Counted from the stretch's first letter, positions 1-13,765 are shown. The stretch: DNA of 64,000 bases from Tubiluchus corallicola (GCA_030141605.1 JAQGDQ010000437.1:62001-126000), one strand, 5' to 3'. Numbers and translations are program-made. Notes: generated from the letters alone by a model not told the origin.

Positions 1-256
1 CTAACGAGTTTATAACCTAGAAATATGGCTTGATACGTTCCCTGAAAAAAAGATGTCTTATTGCTTTCGCTACAGTGTAAGTTTAAGAAAAGCATAATTA
101 TATGTACTTGCGTAAGTACAATGCAGTATACCATCAACTCTGAAATGCATGCTACGTAAAACAGCAGGCTTCATATGCTAAAGACAAAACATGCCATAAT
201 CATTATTATTAAAAAATCTTCATACTGATTTTCTTCACTGCAATGTTAGAAATTTA

Positions 257-397
257 CAGGGCCTATTTCAGGGGGGGGGGGAGTGGGGATACTTCCCTAG
301 GGCCTCGCACCAAGGTAACATTTTTTTTTGCTTTATGCGACCATGCTGCCTCTCTCTCTCTCTCTCTCTCCCCCCCTCTCTCTCTCTCTCTCCCCCT

Positions 398-438
<41 letters not shown>

Positions 439-637
439 AGTATTAAGGACTGGTCTTGAGAATAAAGCAGTTTTTCTTTCAATTGTTCTTTCCTTTAACA
501 ACTGTATAACTCCATATTTTCTCTTCGAAAATGCTTCTCCGGCGTTCTAGCAGTTCAAACATTTTCTGCCCCCCCCCCCCCGAGGGGGCTCACACGTCCC
601 ACTTCCCCGGGCCTCGCTTAGGCTGTAATAGGCCCTG
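257..637. mobile_element. hAT-type MITE carrying a (CT)n(CA)n microsatellite
   Basis: TIR cagggcctatt...aataggccctg; perfect 8-bp TSD gaaattta. Confidence 0.85.
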
Positions 638-1522
638 GAAATTTAACAACTTGCCGACGATAAATTTAAACGTTAAATTCTGGTCTGGTTTTTACACACG
701 TACTAATGTTATTTCAACTACAATAAACTTGCCTGCTTCACATGACTGTAGACTTCTGAGTAGACTCCTAAATGCCGTAACATCGCTTTAACGGCGTAAA
801 CACTACTTTTCTTACAAATAGCTAGTCAATTCATTACATAACTACACCAACAACTCCTTCCAGTTCGTGTCCACGGACTCCAAAACGTTTAAGTAAACGC
901 ACCATGTCCTGGAACATATCATACATTTCTGCCTTGCAACGTTGCCTGCCACGTACAGTGAAATTAACACCAAGATTTGTTACTGTTTAAGTGAAAAAAT
1001 GAAGTTGGCTGCTTGCCAAACTTAAGGCATAACTTACAGACAGGCGTTCCAGCACGTTGCTACAGTAGATTAATGAACGTGTTGCGCATGCGCCGCGCTG
1101 TTTTGCTATTTCGGAAGAGCAGAGCCAAGATTGACGGGCAGGGCGGCAACTAGTTTTAGTAAGAACCGATGTAAGTTTTCGCGGAAGTGGTGCTGTCTGG
1201 ATTTACCTGTCTGAAGGCAGATTTCTTTGTTTTAGAATTCTGCCTGCCCAATGTCTACAATAGACATGACGGGCGTATGATGATGATGATGATGTAGAAG
1301 TTAAGAACCAATACATTTTCAATGAAGAACACACAACGATTTTTCCATATTTTTTATTTCTATCCCTCCTGACCTAATTAATTTTTGGTACATGACTGTA
1401 TTTCGTAGGCTTACCCGCATCCTATAACTCATTACATATAGTACTTCACGTACATACGCACGCATGTACACCCATATTTAGCTCTGATTAAAAACTTTTT
1501 CAAGAAAGCAAATGTGAAAAAG

Positions 1523-1560
1523 TCGGGGCGCGGCCTGGATTTGAACTAGCGACCTTTCGC
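1523..1560 (-). other. tRNA 3'-half / tRNA-SINE B-box fragment
   Basis: Reverse strand reads aaggtcgctagttcaaatccaggccgcgccccg (T-arm/B-box); no 5' half is visible. Confidence 0.3.
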
Positions 1561-1974
1561 TGATTTTGCAAAGTCATGACTACACGTTTTTATTTCAAAA
1601 GTTAACAATAATTATTGTTGATCTAGTCGGTCGTTAACACTAATCTTGAAATTTGCGGGTGTGAATTATTAATAGGTTGACAAATAGCTTTTTTAATTTT
1701 TTTTGTTTTTTGGTTTTAGTTAATATGGATTCTATGTTTCTCCCGTAATTGTTTGCCATTAATTGCCTGTGATTTTTTCTGTGTGTTTTTGGTGAATGTG
1801 GTTATATTAAAAAACAAAAATAGTGTGAAAGTCATGTTTGAGGTACACTGAAAACTGAAAAGCGTTTATTAGACAACGTACACATATGTAGAATGACTGC
1901 TACACTGAACACTGAGAACAAGAGTGTCCTGCACTGATCACTGAGAGCTAGACAGTAAGTAAAATGAGGATCAC

Positions 1975-2110
1975 GACTGCTGCACTGCACTGAGAGTGTG
2001 AGTTAGACAGGTGTGTAGCACGACTAGCATGTCTGCTGCACTGCTCTGGGAGTGTGAGTTAGACAGGTGTGTAGCACGACTAGCATGACTTCTGCACTGC
2101 ATTGAGAGTG
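1975..2110. repeat. About 56-bp tandem repeat, about 2.5 copies
   Basis: gagtgtgagttagacaggtgtgtagcacgactagcatg recurs. Confidence 0.7.
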
Positions 2111-2444
2111 AGACAGTGACTAGAAAGTAAATCCAGTCAGTATATGTAGGTATAGGTAATTATGCAAACTTGGCTTCACAAAAACCATTACTGTAAAATA
2201 GGGAGAGATCCAGTGAATATGACCGCACTATTATACTAGGGGTGAGTTTAGCTAGTAAAATGTAAAAGGATTAGTTACTAGATGGCAGCACCTAATATAT
2301 ACAGTTACAATTTCCACAAATAGTGCTTAATGCTTGTCCATGCCTTTTGTTTTTCAAATACTGAAACGTTGTGTAACTTTAGTTTTTGTATTGCAAGATT
2401 TTTTATTAATTAGAATAGTGAGCAGAATTAACAGCGACAGATTT

Positions 2445-2925
2445 TTTGATTTGATTTAACTCTTTATTTCGAACCAGGTTCATAGAATACATAACATACA
2501 ATAATTACAATACATACAATAATTATAACACCTCCTCTCAACACATGCAAATTAATACATAAATAAATAAAATAACAGTACAATCTATATATATACAATA
2601 TCATGCTCCCAGCCTGAATCGTTACTCATAATTTCTACCCAACACTTTCCACCACTGGTCTCCACTAAAGAAGATTTGAGCTTTGCATTACTCTACTGTA
2701 TAAACTGTATGCAGTTTTCCTATGTATTACATCAAAGTATAAAACATCGTGGTCTACTGAAATGGTCCTAGAACTATAATCATATGGGTAGTTGAAAAGT
2801 TTGCGTTTTGAAATATTGTGAGCTACTTTAAGTTTGCTGAGACTGTAATTATAAAAATGTCGCCAGGTGGCCATACCGTAGAAAGAATTACAATAAGAGT
2901 TGAACAGTTGAGTTTTGACATTAGG
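2445..2925 (-). mobile_element. 3' fragment of a non-LTR retrotransposon (ORF2 C-terminus)
   Basis: WRHFYNYSLSKLKVAHN...FDVIHRKTAYSLY is homologous to the 37207-37563 ORF; AATAAA and an (AAATC)n tail on the minus strand. Confidence 0.75.
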
Positions 2926-3171
2926 TGAACAGAGAAATGCTTAGAAAGATAGATAGACAGATAAACAGCTAAATATAGTGATGTATATTTAGATAGACAG
3001 ACATACAAATAGGCAAACAAATGCACTTGCAGGCAGACAGCCGGGCAGTAAAAAACAACTAGATGGGTAGACAGGCAGACAGACAGACAGACAACACTAG
3101 TGATAGAAGTGTGCGTACATGGTGTACAAAATGTACATTATGGCTGTCCAAGAAATTTACATTAATATTAA

Positions 3172-3775
3172 AGGAAGACGGGATGACTTTTCACATACCA
3201 CCCCATTTTCTACTCCAACGAACAGTATACATTTTAACACAGTTAATACTGGAAAAGCGTTTCTGATAATTAAATTATAGGTTAAAAACTTAATTAACGG
3301 CGGGCGAGCCCAACTATTGATGACATCACAAACTAACATAATTTTCAACATCAAAAATATTCCACGAGCGTGTTGCACGTGTTTGCGAAAGAGAAAATTG
3401 AAGTATGATGCTACTGTAAGATATTCAGTGCGTTTTAATAAAACACGTCTCGTTTTAAGATAAAAATTCAAATTTCAAATTTACCTCTGTGGTGTAGAAC
3501 GTGTGTAGTACGTCACAAACTAACACATCTGAATTGAGCGGTACAGCACCTGCTTTTTGTGCAACGCTTTCCGAAATGCAGGCGCTACTGCACGTCTAAC
3601 TAGCAAATGGTGAAATGCATGTATCACCGAAGAACTAATGGCGCGAACGTGAAACTGCGTTTGTGTGGTAATAATTCTTTCACGTGAGTCATTCTTTAAA
3701 AAAGTATGTTTCTTTTCAATATTTTAAAGAGTAGATTGTTCTGACCTACTGTTTAAGATTAAGGCCGGTTTTGCT
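3172..3775. mobile_element. Kolobok-like non-autonomous DNA element
   Basis: TTAA|AGG start and degenerate ...CT|TTAA end; interior shared with about 22200-22720 (inverted) and 51025-51798. Confidence 0.6.
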
Positions 3776-4088
3776 TTAACTGTGGTGTATTCCTGTGAAA
3801 AAATGTGCAATTTTTGACAATTGTGTTATGCTCCATTTTCCTATACTTAGCACTTGTTAGAAAATGTGGAAGAAGGGGGGGGGGAATAATTCCTTTAAAG
3901 TACACGTTTTTCTAAATTGGCCTGTATTTTACTTCTTGGCTTTAAATGATTCAATTATACACGTGTTGCATTGCTAGACTTGCATAACCATTTCTAATTA
4001 TTAATTAAAGCTTTAGCGGCTCTTATTGGGTACTGGTATATTAGCTTAGGCTCCACATGAAACTTGGTGTAGAGGTGACTCACTTTAA

Positions 4089-4545
4089 CCCTTTCAGTCC
4101 CAAATTATTTTTGTAATAAGAAAAAAATTTTTGGCTTGGTACTTTTGTTCAGTATGTCCATCTTGTTTACACATAATAATTATTTTTTCTACCTGTGACG
4201 CGTGCTAAATATAGCCTGTATCCCACGGGATACATTGGGATTCAATGGAAGCATAAAATGTGCTTCATTTTGCAACTGCTGATAATTTTTTAAAGTATTT
4301 AAGACATTTAGTATGCAGGCTATGCTGATCTGTACAAAGTCGTCTCTAAATTACTGTACCTTGTGCAGTTTTTATGCTATGTAGATTTTCTAGTTTGCCA
4401 TTTTATCACCATTTTTAGTCTGTTGTTATTGGCTTAAATCAAAATAATTATTAACAGATCAAATAACTGTCAGTTTTAAAATTTTATTAATTTTAAAGGC
4501 AGAAAATAGTCTTGTATCTCGCGGGATACAACGGGTGTGAAAGGG
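4089..4545 (+). mobile_element. piggyBac-like MITE, copy 1
   Basis: TTAA|CCCTTTCA...TGAAAGGG|TTAA; near-identical to 9897-10355. Confidence 0.85.
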
Positions 4546-4929
4546 TTAATACGGCATCGCTTTTACCATTCATTACTGCCATGCTAGTCACGAGCTGGTA
4601 GGATTTCCCTTTGTAAGTGTTAAATTATTAGCACAAATACGTATTATAATACAATATGTACGGGTGCTGCCCTCTGTAGGGCAAAGATACTTAGCGGTTA
4701 ATACACGCGAACCGGTAGTTTGTTACTATTAGAAGTAGGTTGTAGTTACAGTTACAGTAACTTACTATTTCCTATGAACGAATAAAATTGGTTTCGTTTA
4801 TCTAACAAGTTTTAAACACTTAGCTCACATATTTTTTAATAAACCGTGTTATAATTATAAACATATACGCCTATGATATATTTTTCATATTTATTAGTGC
4901 CAATTTAAATTCAATTTTAAAAGATTTTC

Positions 4930-5183
4930 AGATCACAAAGGTCATGCATATTGCGTGATTTTGTTCTGCAGTAAAACACTAGTAATTTGTTTATAGATTG
5001 TGCACAGAAATCCCAGTAAATTGTGCTGTTCGCAGGATGTTTCATACGTTTTAATGGCAAAGAACGTATGCAGTTTAAGTGCTGAACTATCGAACCTATA
5101 ATCTTAGGTTCGAATGAAATTCGAATTAAAATGTTAGTTCGAATCGAATTCAAACTTTCGAATTGTACGATGCTCACCCCTAA
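4930..5183 (-). mobile_element. hAT MITE (CGAATTCG-rich family), partial
   Basis: Ends ...cgatgctcacccctaa; homologous to 11322-11692. Confidence 0.65.
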
Positions 5184-5599
5184 TTGTAATGTCTGTGAAT
5201 GGTTAAAGACGTTCTGCCGTTCCACAGTTCCCTGTTTCCCTTCGCCGCGTGCACGTGTGAACGCGCCTTAACAAGCAGTTTACAATTTCCATTGTCGTCG
5301 TTTTCACGTACCTGTTCAGGGATGTAAAAATGTCATTGATGAGGTCAAGTATGAGGCTTAATGTCTGGGCAAACACCAACTATGGGCTGTCCATTTGTGA
5401 ATCTTATTTGCAGAGTGGGGTTGAAATAATTCAGTGGCCCCAGGTCATCGCTCAATTCTGCATGCCAGATTGGTGAAACTATAACATTATTATCATTATT
5501 AATATTGATATTTGTATAGTGGTTATTCTTTATAGGCGCATGCGCATAATAAACAAGCTTTTCATTGATACAATACCCAATGCTCATTTGAGGATTTTG

Positions 5600-5771
5600 C
5601 TGTGTGTGTGTGTGTGTGCGTGCGTGCGTGCCTGCCTGTGCGCGTGCGTGTGTGTGCGTGCGTGCGTGCCTGCCTGCCTGCCTGCGCGCGTGCGTGTGTG
5701 TGTGTGTGTGTGAATGCATGCGTGCGTGCGTTCGTGTGTGTGTGTGTGTGTGAATGCATGCGTGCGTGCGT

Positions 5772-5804
<33 letters not shown>

Positions 5805-5877
5805 TGCATGCGTGCGTTCGTGCATGTGTGCGAGTATATGTGTGCGTGTGCGTGCGTGCGAGCGTGCGTGTGTGTGT
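5600..5877. repeat. Compound (TG)n/(TGCG)n/(TGCC)n microsatellite
   Basis: Read directly. Confidence 0.95.
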
Positions 5878-6319
5878 TAGGGATTGACTATTTTGGGTGG
5901 GTGACGTGAAGGAGGGCTGGTGGCAGGTGGTTTTTTATGTAGTTCGGATATCTGCGCAGCGGAATTCGGGGCCTCAGTGGCATCAACTTAGATGGTGGAA
6001 GTAGGACCGGTACCTAGCTTTTGTTCATAGTTAATCTTTTAAGTTAAGACGTTAAGCTGGCAGAGCAGTGATAGCTACTTTATGGGACATAAATTTCTTC
6101 ATTTACCGAGATAGATGAAGGAAGTGGTTCTATGGTGGTCACCCAAAAATTTAGTGGCCAGATTTGGCGTCGTTTTAACCTCAGTCTTTAGTCACGAAGT
6201 AATGGTCTTAGTCAGCTATTTCTCTTGCCCTAATAAGGTAATGGGGCAAACGTGTTTGAAAAGTGAGTTCGCCTATACTATCAGCATCAATTCTTAACAA
6301 GTATCTTATCATATCATCA

Positions 6320-7615
6320 CATTGGTATAGTTGAGTGGTACTTTTTTGTACAATTTAAAACTAATGCATAAGGGAAACGTTTTAAAGGGCAAAACGAACC
6401 TGAATTAACTTCATACCACTGCAGTGCTTGTTAGCAGTGTCGTCAAATTGGCATAGTTGTCTGATACTTTTTATACAAAGTCAAACTAATGCATATGGGA
6501 AACCTTTTAATCAACAAAACGAGCCGAAATCAACTTCAAACCACGGAAGTGCTCGTTGACAGTGTCATCAAATTGGCATAGTTGACTGATACTTTTTTAT
6601 ACAATGTCAAACGAATGCATATGGGAAACCTTTTAATCAGCAAAACGAACCTAAATCAACTTCAAATCACGGAAGTGCTCGTTGGCAGTGTCATCAAATT
6701 GGCATAGTTGCCTGATACTTTTTATACAAAGTCAAACTAATGCATATGGGAAACCTTTTAAACAACAAAACGAACCTAAATCAACTTCAAACCACGGAAG
6801 TGCTCGTTAGCAGTGTCATCAAATTGGCATAGTTGTCTTGTACTTTTTATACAAAGTCAAACTAATGCATATGGGAAACCTTTTAAACAACAAAACGAAC
6901 CTAAATCAACTTCAAGCCACGGAAGTGCTCATTAGCAGTGTCGTCAAATTAGTATAGTTGTCTGGTACTTTTTTATTCAATGTCAGACTAATGCATATGG
7001 GAAACCTTTTAAACAACAAAACGAACCTAAATCAACTTCAAACCACGGAAGTGCTCGTTAGCAGTGTCATCAAATTGGCATAGTTGTCTTGTACTTTTTA
7101 TACAAAGTCAAACTAATGCATATGGGAAACCTTTTAAACAACAAAACGAACCTAAATCAACTTCAAGCCACGGAAGTGCTCATTAGCAGTGTCGTCAAAT
7201 TAGTATAGTTGTCTGGTACTTTTTTATACAATGTCAGACTAATGCATATGGGAAACCTTTTAAACAACAAAACGAACCTAAATCAACTTCAAACCACGGA
7301 AGTGCTCGTTAGCAGTGTCATCAAATTGGCATAGTTGACTGGTACTTTTTTATACAATGCCAAACTAATGCATATGGGAAACCTTTTCAACAACAAAGCG
7401 AACCTGAATCAACTTCAAGCCACGGAAGTGCTCATTAGCAGTGTCGTCAAATTAGTATAGTTGTCTGGTACTTTTTTATACAATGTCAGACTAATGCATA
7501 TGGGAAACCTTTTCAACAACAAAGCGAACCTAAATCAACTTCAAACCACGGAAGTGCTCATTAGCAGTGTCATCAAATTGGCATAGTTGACTGGTACTTG
7601 TTTTACAATGTTAAA
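6320..7615. repeat. About 125-bp tandem satellite, about 10 copies
   Basis: ctaatgcatatgggaaacc recurs at about 6361, 6486, 6612, 6737, 6862, 6988, 7113, 7239, 7365 and 7491. Confidence 0.95.
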
Positions 7616-8139
7616 CTTATAAATTTAATCCCTGCCCTGCATTGTATGTAATCAATACATGTTTGTTTCCAGTCAACGCAATTTTCTTTCCAACATTATC
7701 CAACAATTCACCAACAGCACCAGTCGTTTGTGTTTAACAACACGCCAGGAACAATGCAGTTTAAATTGATCACTGCAGATTAAGGTTAATACTATTTTAG
7801 GCTTAGGAAATTTTCAATTCGCCACTAATTGAGTTAACTGGTTAAACTGCTATTTGGTGATTAGCATCAGCGTAGTCAAGTTTACAGTTATTGTCAGTTT
7901 ATTGCCGCATCCGCCTTTTCTTTGTGTCAAAATTGGGAACGCCGGGGAGGTGGATTTAACTTGCCTCTCTTCTCAATTACCTCATGAAATTTAAACGGAC
8001 CAGAACTTTTCCGGTTGTTGTGTTATCAGCATAGCGAAACCGTGAATTGTAAATAAGAATTATAGGTAATCAGAGGGGACAATTTCAACTTTTCACTTTT
8101 GCGCTTTGCGTAAAAATCTCCGTTGATGAATTTTGTTGA

Positions 8140-8820
8140 ATATTTTCTTTACTAGGAGGAAATATTGTTTTACTAGAGGCAATATTGTTCTTTACTAGGT
8201 GGAAATATTGTTCTTTACTAGGAGCAAATTTTGTTCTTTACTAGGAGAAATTTATTTTTGTGTTCTACTGGGAGGAAATATAGTTCTTTACTAGGAGGAA
8301 TTATTGTTCTTAGATAGGAGGAAATTTTGTTCTTTACTAGGAGCAAATTTTGTTCTTTACTAGGAGGAAATTTTGTCTTTTACTAGGAGGAAATTTTGTC
8401 CTTTACTAGGAGTAAATATTGTTCTTTACTAGGAGGAATTATTGTTCTTAGATAGGAGGAAATTTTGTCCTTTACTAGGAGTAAATATTGTTCTTTACTA
8501 GGAGGAAATATTGTTTTTACTAGTAGGAAATTTTGTCCAAGACTAGGAGGAAATTTTGTCCTTTACTAGGAGTAAATTTTGCTTTTTACTAGGAGGCAAT
8601 TTTGTTCTTTACTAGGAGTAAATTTTGCTTTTTACTAGGAGGAAATATAGTTCTTTGCTATGAGGAAATTTTGTTCTTTATTAGTATATAATTTTGCTTG
8701 TTACTAGGAGCAAATTTTGTTCTTTACTATGAGGAAATATTGCTGTTTACTAGGAGGAAATTTTGTGTTTTACTGGGAGCAAATATTGTTCTTTGCTAAG
8801 AGGAAATATTGTTCTTTACT
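8140..8820. repeat. About 23-bp minisatellite (ttctttactaggaggaaatattg)
   Basis: About 29 degenerate copies. Confidence 0.95.
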
Positions 8821-9896
8821 CTACGAGGTTAAAACTAACCAGTCATTGTTATGGAAAGGATGACATCCTTTAAGCCACTATCTTGCCCCAGCTCAGCGGC
8901 AGAAGCCATTTATTTTGTTAAAGGGGAAGAAAGGGGAATTTTAATGTATCTCCCAAAGAACTTTACGTACAAAGTTACATTATTTACCACGTAGCTGTTT
9001 CAAAAACTTATCTAATTGGAAAATAAATTGATTTAAAATATTCGCCCCACCTGGTTAAACGACACTGTGTCACCTTCCCAGTGTGCACCACAGATTCACT
9101 AACAATTCATCATTGATCTTACTGATAACATAACGTAATTTAAACTTTTGTTTATATAGTGAAGAGTGTGCTACAAATGCTCTGGTTATTTTTTCAAACT
9201 TTACATAATATTATAGAAACTTTTTTCAAAGGACTTACCATTAAAATGGCTGTTCCTAATGGCTATTGCAAGAGTTTAAATTCACAACTTTTATACAATG
9301 GTACTGCCGACGCAAGCTCTGCATGCAGCAGTACAACATGTAAGTGATTCAAAAATTTCAAGATTACACACATGTACACGTGGCGGTACTGGAACTGATT
9401 AACAAGATTGAACAAATCAAGTTCTGCAATATATGTAGGCTCTCACTACTGATAAGCTGTTTATTTTTCTTTATTATTTCTCCAATGCTACACTAAATAA
9501 CTCAGAAATCACTCTACCTAGAGTCAACAAACTTGCAAGGTGTGGTATAGTGACCCTTGATATCGTTGTCCTTCTAGATGAGACACTGAATCAATGGAAG
9601 AGTCTTAGCAATTGGTACAGTAAGCACAGTTACCTGACATACACATATGTTGTACATTCTCTGCGCAAAGAGGAATAATTCGTGAATGAAACTGCGCATG
9701 AGGAGTTTTTCTGGTACTTTCCCATTGCTCATTGCTTTGTTAATCAGATTCGATGCTACTTAACTTCTGTCGTTATAAGTGCATTAATCGTTGTTATTAA
9801 ATCGTGCACGAACTTACTTTTTATTACTTTTTAGAGTTTTTCCGTAAAGTTGGTCAGTTTTCCAGTCTGTAACCAAAAATACACTTGTCCTGTTAA

Positions 9897-10355
9897 CCCT
9901 TTCAGTCCCAAATTATTTTTTAATAAGAAAAATTTTTTTGGCTTGGTACTTTTGTTCAGTATGTCCATCTTGTTTACACATAATAATTATTTTTTTCTAC
10001 CTGTGCCCTCGTGCTGAATATAGCCTGTATCCTACGGGATACATTGGGATTCAATGGAAGCATAAAATGTGCTTCATTTTGCAACTGCTGATAATTTTTT
10101 AAAGTATTTAAGACATTTAGTATGCATGCTATGCAGATGTGTACAAAGTTGTCTCTAAAGTACTGTACCTTGCACAGTTTTTTATGCTATGTAGATTTTC
10201 TAGTTTGCCATTTTATCACCATTTTTAGTCTATTGTTATTGGCTTAAATCAAAATAACTATTAACAGATCAAATAACTGTCAGTTTTAAAATTTTATTAA
10301 TTTTAAAGGCAGAAAATATTCTCGTATCCCACGGGATACAACGGGTATGAAAGGG
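9897..10355 (+). mobile_element. piggyBac-like MITE, copy 2
   Basis: TTAA TSD, CCCTTTCA TIR, internal tgtatcc..gggataca palindromes. Confidence 0.85.
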
Positions 10356-10667
10356 TTAATTAAAATTCTCTAAAATTTTTGTGGCATTTAGCCCATGTAG
10401 GTGTTCTCGCATTGTCGCTGTTTTTTCCATGAATTGCCATTTTGTTTATGTGTGAAAGCTGCTTAATTTTCTCATCCTGGGATAATTGGCACTGCGGTCA
10501 TCAATGATATCATTTATTCCGCTGAACCGTGGCCCCCGTCGCTCCCTCCGCTTGCTCTAGCGTTAAGCGCGTTCATTCTCTTCCTATCCACTCATTATGC
10601 TTGTGTTATTACTGGTGAACTCAGTTGGTCTTCGAGTGCTGTGCCGTGCTACGATGTGATTTATAAC

Positions 10668-11274
10668 CAGGGTGCATAAGATTATGGATATGTATAAAAT
10701 AGCTTATTTTATGGATTTTTGAAATTTTATTTTATGGGTATCAATAAAATAAGACATAGACTATATCTGGAACGAGATGCCCAGGGAGAAATCAATTAAA
10801 AAGTAAAAACGGGAGGCTTGAAACGTGTTTTTAAACACGCAGGACTTAGTTTTAATTTTATCGGTTTCATATCATTTCAAATTTAATCAAATTTTACGAG
10901 ACAATGGCTGGGTCTCTCTCAGTTATTTTCAGATCGAACTCCAGCTCATGCTTTGCTTGAAACTTCGCCATCTTGATAACAAAAAGACAATGAGAAAAAA
11001 CAATGTAAAATAGCAAATCCGGAAATGCGCTTTTGTTGGTTTGTTTTCTTTCTCTTTCTCTCCTTCTAACGTTGTTTTCTTTCTCTTTCTCTCCTTCTAA
11101 CGTTGTTTTCTTGCTCTTTCTCTCCTTCTAACGTTCGTTTTCAGTGTTGCCAATGCTTACAACTCGTTACTTTGTACAAAAAATCACAAAACAAATATTT
11201 TTTTATTTTATGCATTTCTTATTTTATGGATTTTTGGTCTTATTTTATGGATATCCATAATCTCATGCAGCCTG
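10668..11274. mobile_element. hAT-type MITE
   Basis: TIR cagggtgcataagattatggata / tatccataatctcatgcagcctg; 8-bp TSD tttataac; subterminal ttattttatgga repeats. Confidence 0.85.
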
Positions 11275-11321
11275 TTTATAACTGTTTCATCGCTGATACG
11301 TGCTTATCTTTGTTACGTGAA

Positions 11322-11692
11322 TAAGGGGGCGAGCATCGAACGTTCGAGTTCGAATCGAATTCGAACCTAATATGTTCGAATAATTGAACACTTTAATCAC
11401 GTACGTTCTCTTTATCATTAAAACGATTGAAACATCATGCAATTAGCATAATTTATCCGTGATTTCTGCGCACAATTTTCAAACAAATTATTGGCGGTTT
11501 TACTGCAGAACAAAATCGAGTAACATGCATGATCTTTGAAAGACAAATTTTTACTAGTGGTTCGAAAATTTGTTCGGAAATCTTTCAATCTCAATTCGAA
11601 TTCGAATACTAAAGTTCGGTTCGATTCGAATTCGAAAGTCACAAATTCGATCCGATTCGAATTCGCTTTCTGGTAGAGAATGCTCACTCCTA
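11322..11692 (+). mobile_element. hAT MITE (CGAATTCG-rich family), full copy
   Basis: Ends taagggggcgagcat...atgctcactccta; 8-bp TSD tacgtgaa; five further copies in the window. Confidence 0.8.
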
Positions 11693-11944
11693 TACGTGAA
11701 TAATAATGATTATCTAGGTAATAAAATGGTGAAATGTGATTTTATCAATGGAATGGCTTCCTTCTTTAAGGTAAGGTTGAGTTCTGAGATTCAAATACAT
11801 AAAAATGCATGTATGTAGTTATTTCAGGGTGCACTGTCTTCTATAGTTTACTCTTTCTTGATAACAGATGGCAGCACGTTACCACCAAAGCTAACATGTT
11901 GTATTTGTTTCATGAGCGATAATGTACATGTTATTATGTAAACA

Positions 11945-12355
11945 AAACAATATATAAACAATATGCTAAACAAAATGTAAACAATCTTAGAAACAATATG
12001 TTAAACAAAATGTAAACAATCTTAGAAACAATATGTTAAACAAAATGTAAACAATCGTATAAACAATATGTTAAACAAAATGTAAACAATCTTATAAACA
12101 ATATGTTAAACAAAATGTAAACAATCTTAGAAACAATATGTTAAACAAAATATAAACAGTCTTAGAAACAATATGTTAAACAAAATATAAACAGTCTTAG
12201 AAACAATATGTTAAACAAAATATAAACAATCTTAGAAACAATATGTTAAACAAAATGTAAACAATCTTATAAACAATATATTAAACAAAATATAAACAAT
12301 ATGTTAAAATGTAAACAATCGTATAAACAATATTTTAAACAAAACATAAACAAAT
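11945..12355. repeat. 35-bp minisatellite
   Basis: aaacaatatgttaaacaaaatgtaaacaatcttag, about 11 copies. Confidence 0.95.
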
Positions 12356-13074
12356 CTATATAATATAAACAGAGACATACATGTTATTACAAGCACTGTT
12401 TAAAGCGCTAAGATGTCACTGCTAAGATTAGTTACTTTAGTTACTCTTTCACAACTTTGTTACTTTATGCAAGAATTGATTAATGGATATAAATTGTTGA
12501 AGCACATGCATGCCACTTTGACAAATTCTCACCCTAATTCTTAACCCAGCTGGACGATTCACAAAGTACTTTAATCCATCGATGACATTAGCTCTTGCGT
12601 TGCTGGACACGGGTTCTTAATTAGTAAACATCGTGGCGTCATTGTTGTCCACGTCCCGAGTGACCTCAGTTCATCAGAACAAGTTTCTGCTGGGTCATCA
12701 GAAACTATCTGTGTATTTTCTCTCTATGAAGTGACAAAAGGCAGACGAATTCCTAGTTTTCGCTACCGTTTCTGTCTCGCGATAATCACGCCGAATGGTT
12801 GATTGATGTTTTGCTAAGGGATTAACTTTTCCTGTTGTAATTTTCCCGTGATTTTTGCCTGTAATTTGACGAAATTGGGAATGATGCACGTGCGACTGAC
12901 AAGCAGAGAATGTCGTTCTTGCTTTGAGAATTATGAGAGTGTAAGTATTGAGTAATAGTATTACAGGATTGTTGTAGATATAGGTTGGAGATAATGTAGA
13001 TATTGCTGAACATTTGTATATAAATTAGCAGAGCTAGTATATAGGGATTTGGGTTGGCTGGTCATAGGCCAGAA

Positions 13075-13765
13075 ATGAGCATAGCTAGTATACGTAGTAT
13101 ATGGCTGGTATATGGGCATAGCTAGTATATGGCTATTATATTGGCATAGCTGGTATATGAGTATAGCTAGTATATGGCTAGTAAATTAGTATAGCTAGTG
13201 TATGGGCATAACTGGTATATGAGTATAGCTAGTAATGGCTAGTAAATATGTATAGCTAGTATATTTGGGATAGCTAGTATATGGATATAGCTAGTATATA
13301 AGTATAGCTAGTATATGAGCATAGCTAGTATATGGATATAGCTAGTATATGGCTAGTATATGGGTCTAGGTAGTATATGGGCATAGGTAGCATATGGGCA
13401 TAGGTAGTATATGGGCATAGCTAGTATATGGCTAGTATATGAGTATAGCTAGTATATGGGCATAACTATTATATGGATATAGCTAGTATATGAGTCTAGC
13501 TAGTATATGGGCATAGCTAGAATGTGGCTAGTATATGAGTATAGCTAGTATATGGGCATAGCTAGTATATGAGTATAGCTAGTATATGGCTAGTATATGG
13601 GCATAACTAGTATATGGGCATAGCTAGTATATGAGTATAGCTAGTATATGGCTAGTATATGGGCATAACTAGTATATGGGCATAGCTAGTATATGAGTAT
13701 AGCTAGTATATGGCTAGTATATGGGCATAACTAGTATATGGGCATAGCTAGTATATGGGTATAGC
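13075..13765. repeat. Irregular short-unit minisatellite (gggcatagctagtatat / ggctagtatat)
   Basis: Read directly. Confidence 0.9.
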
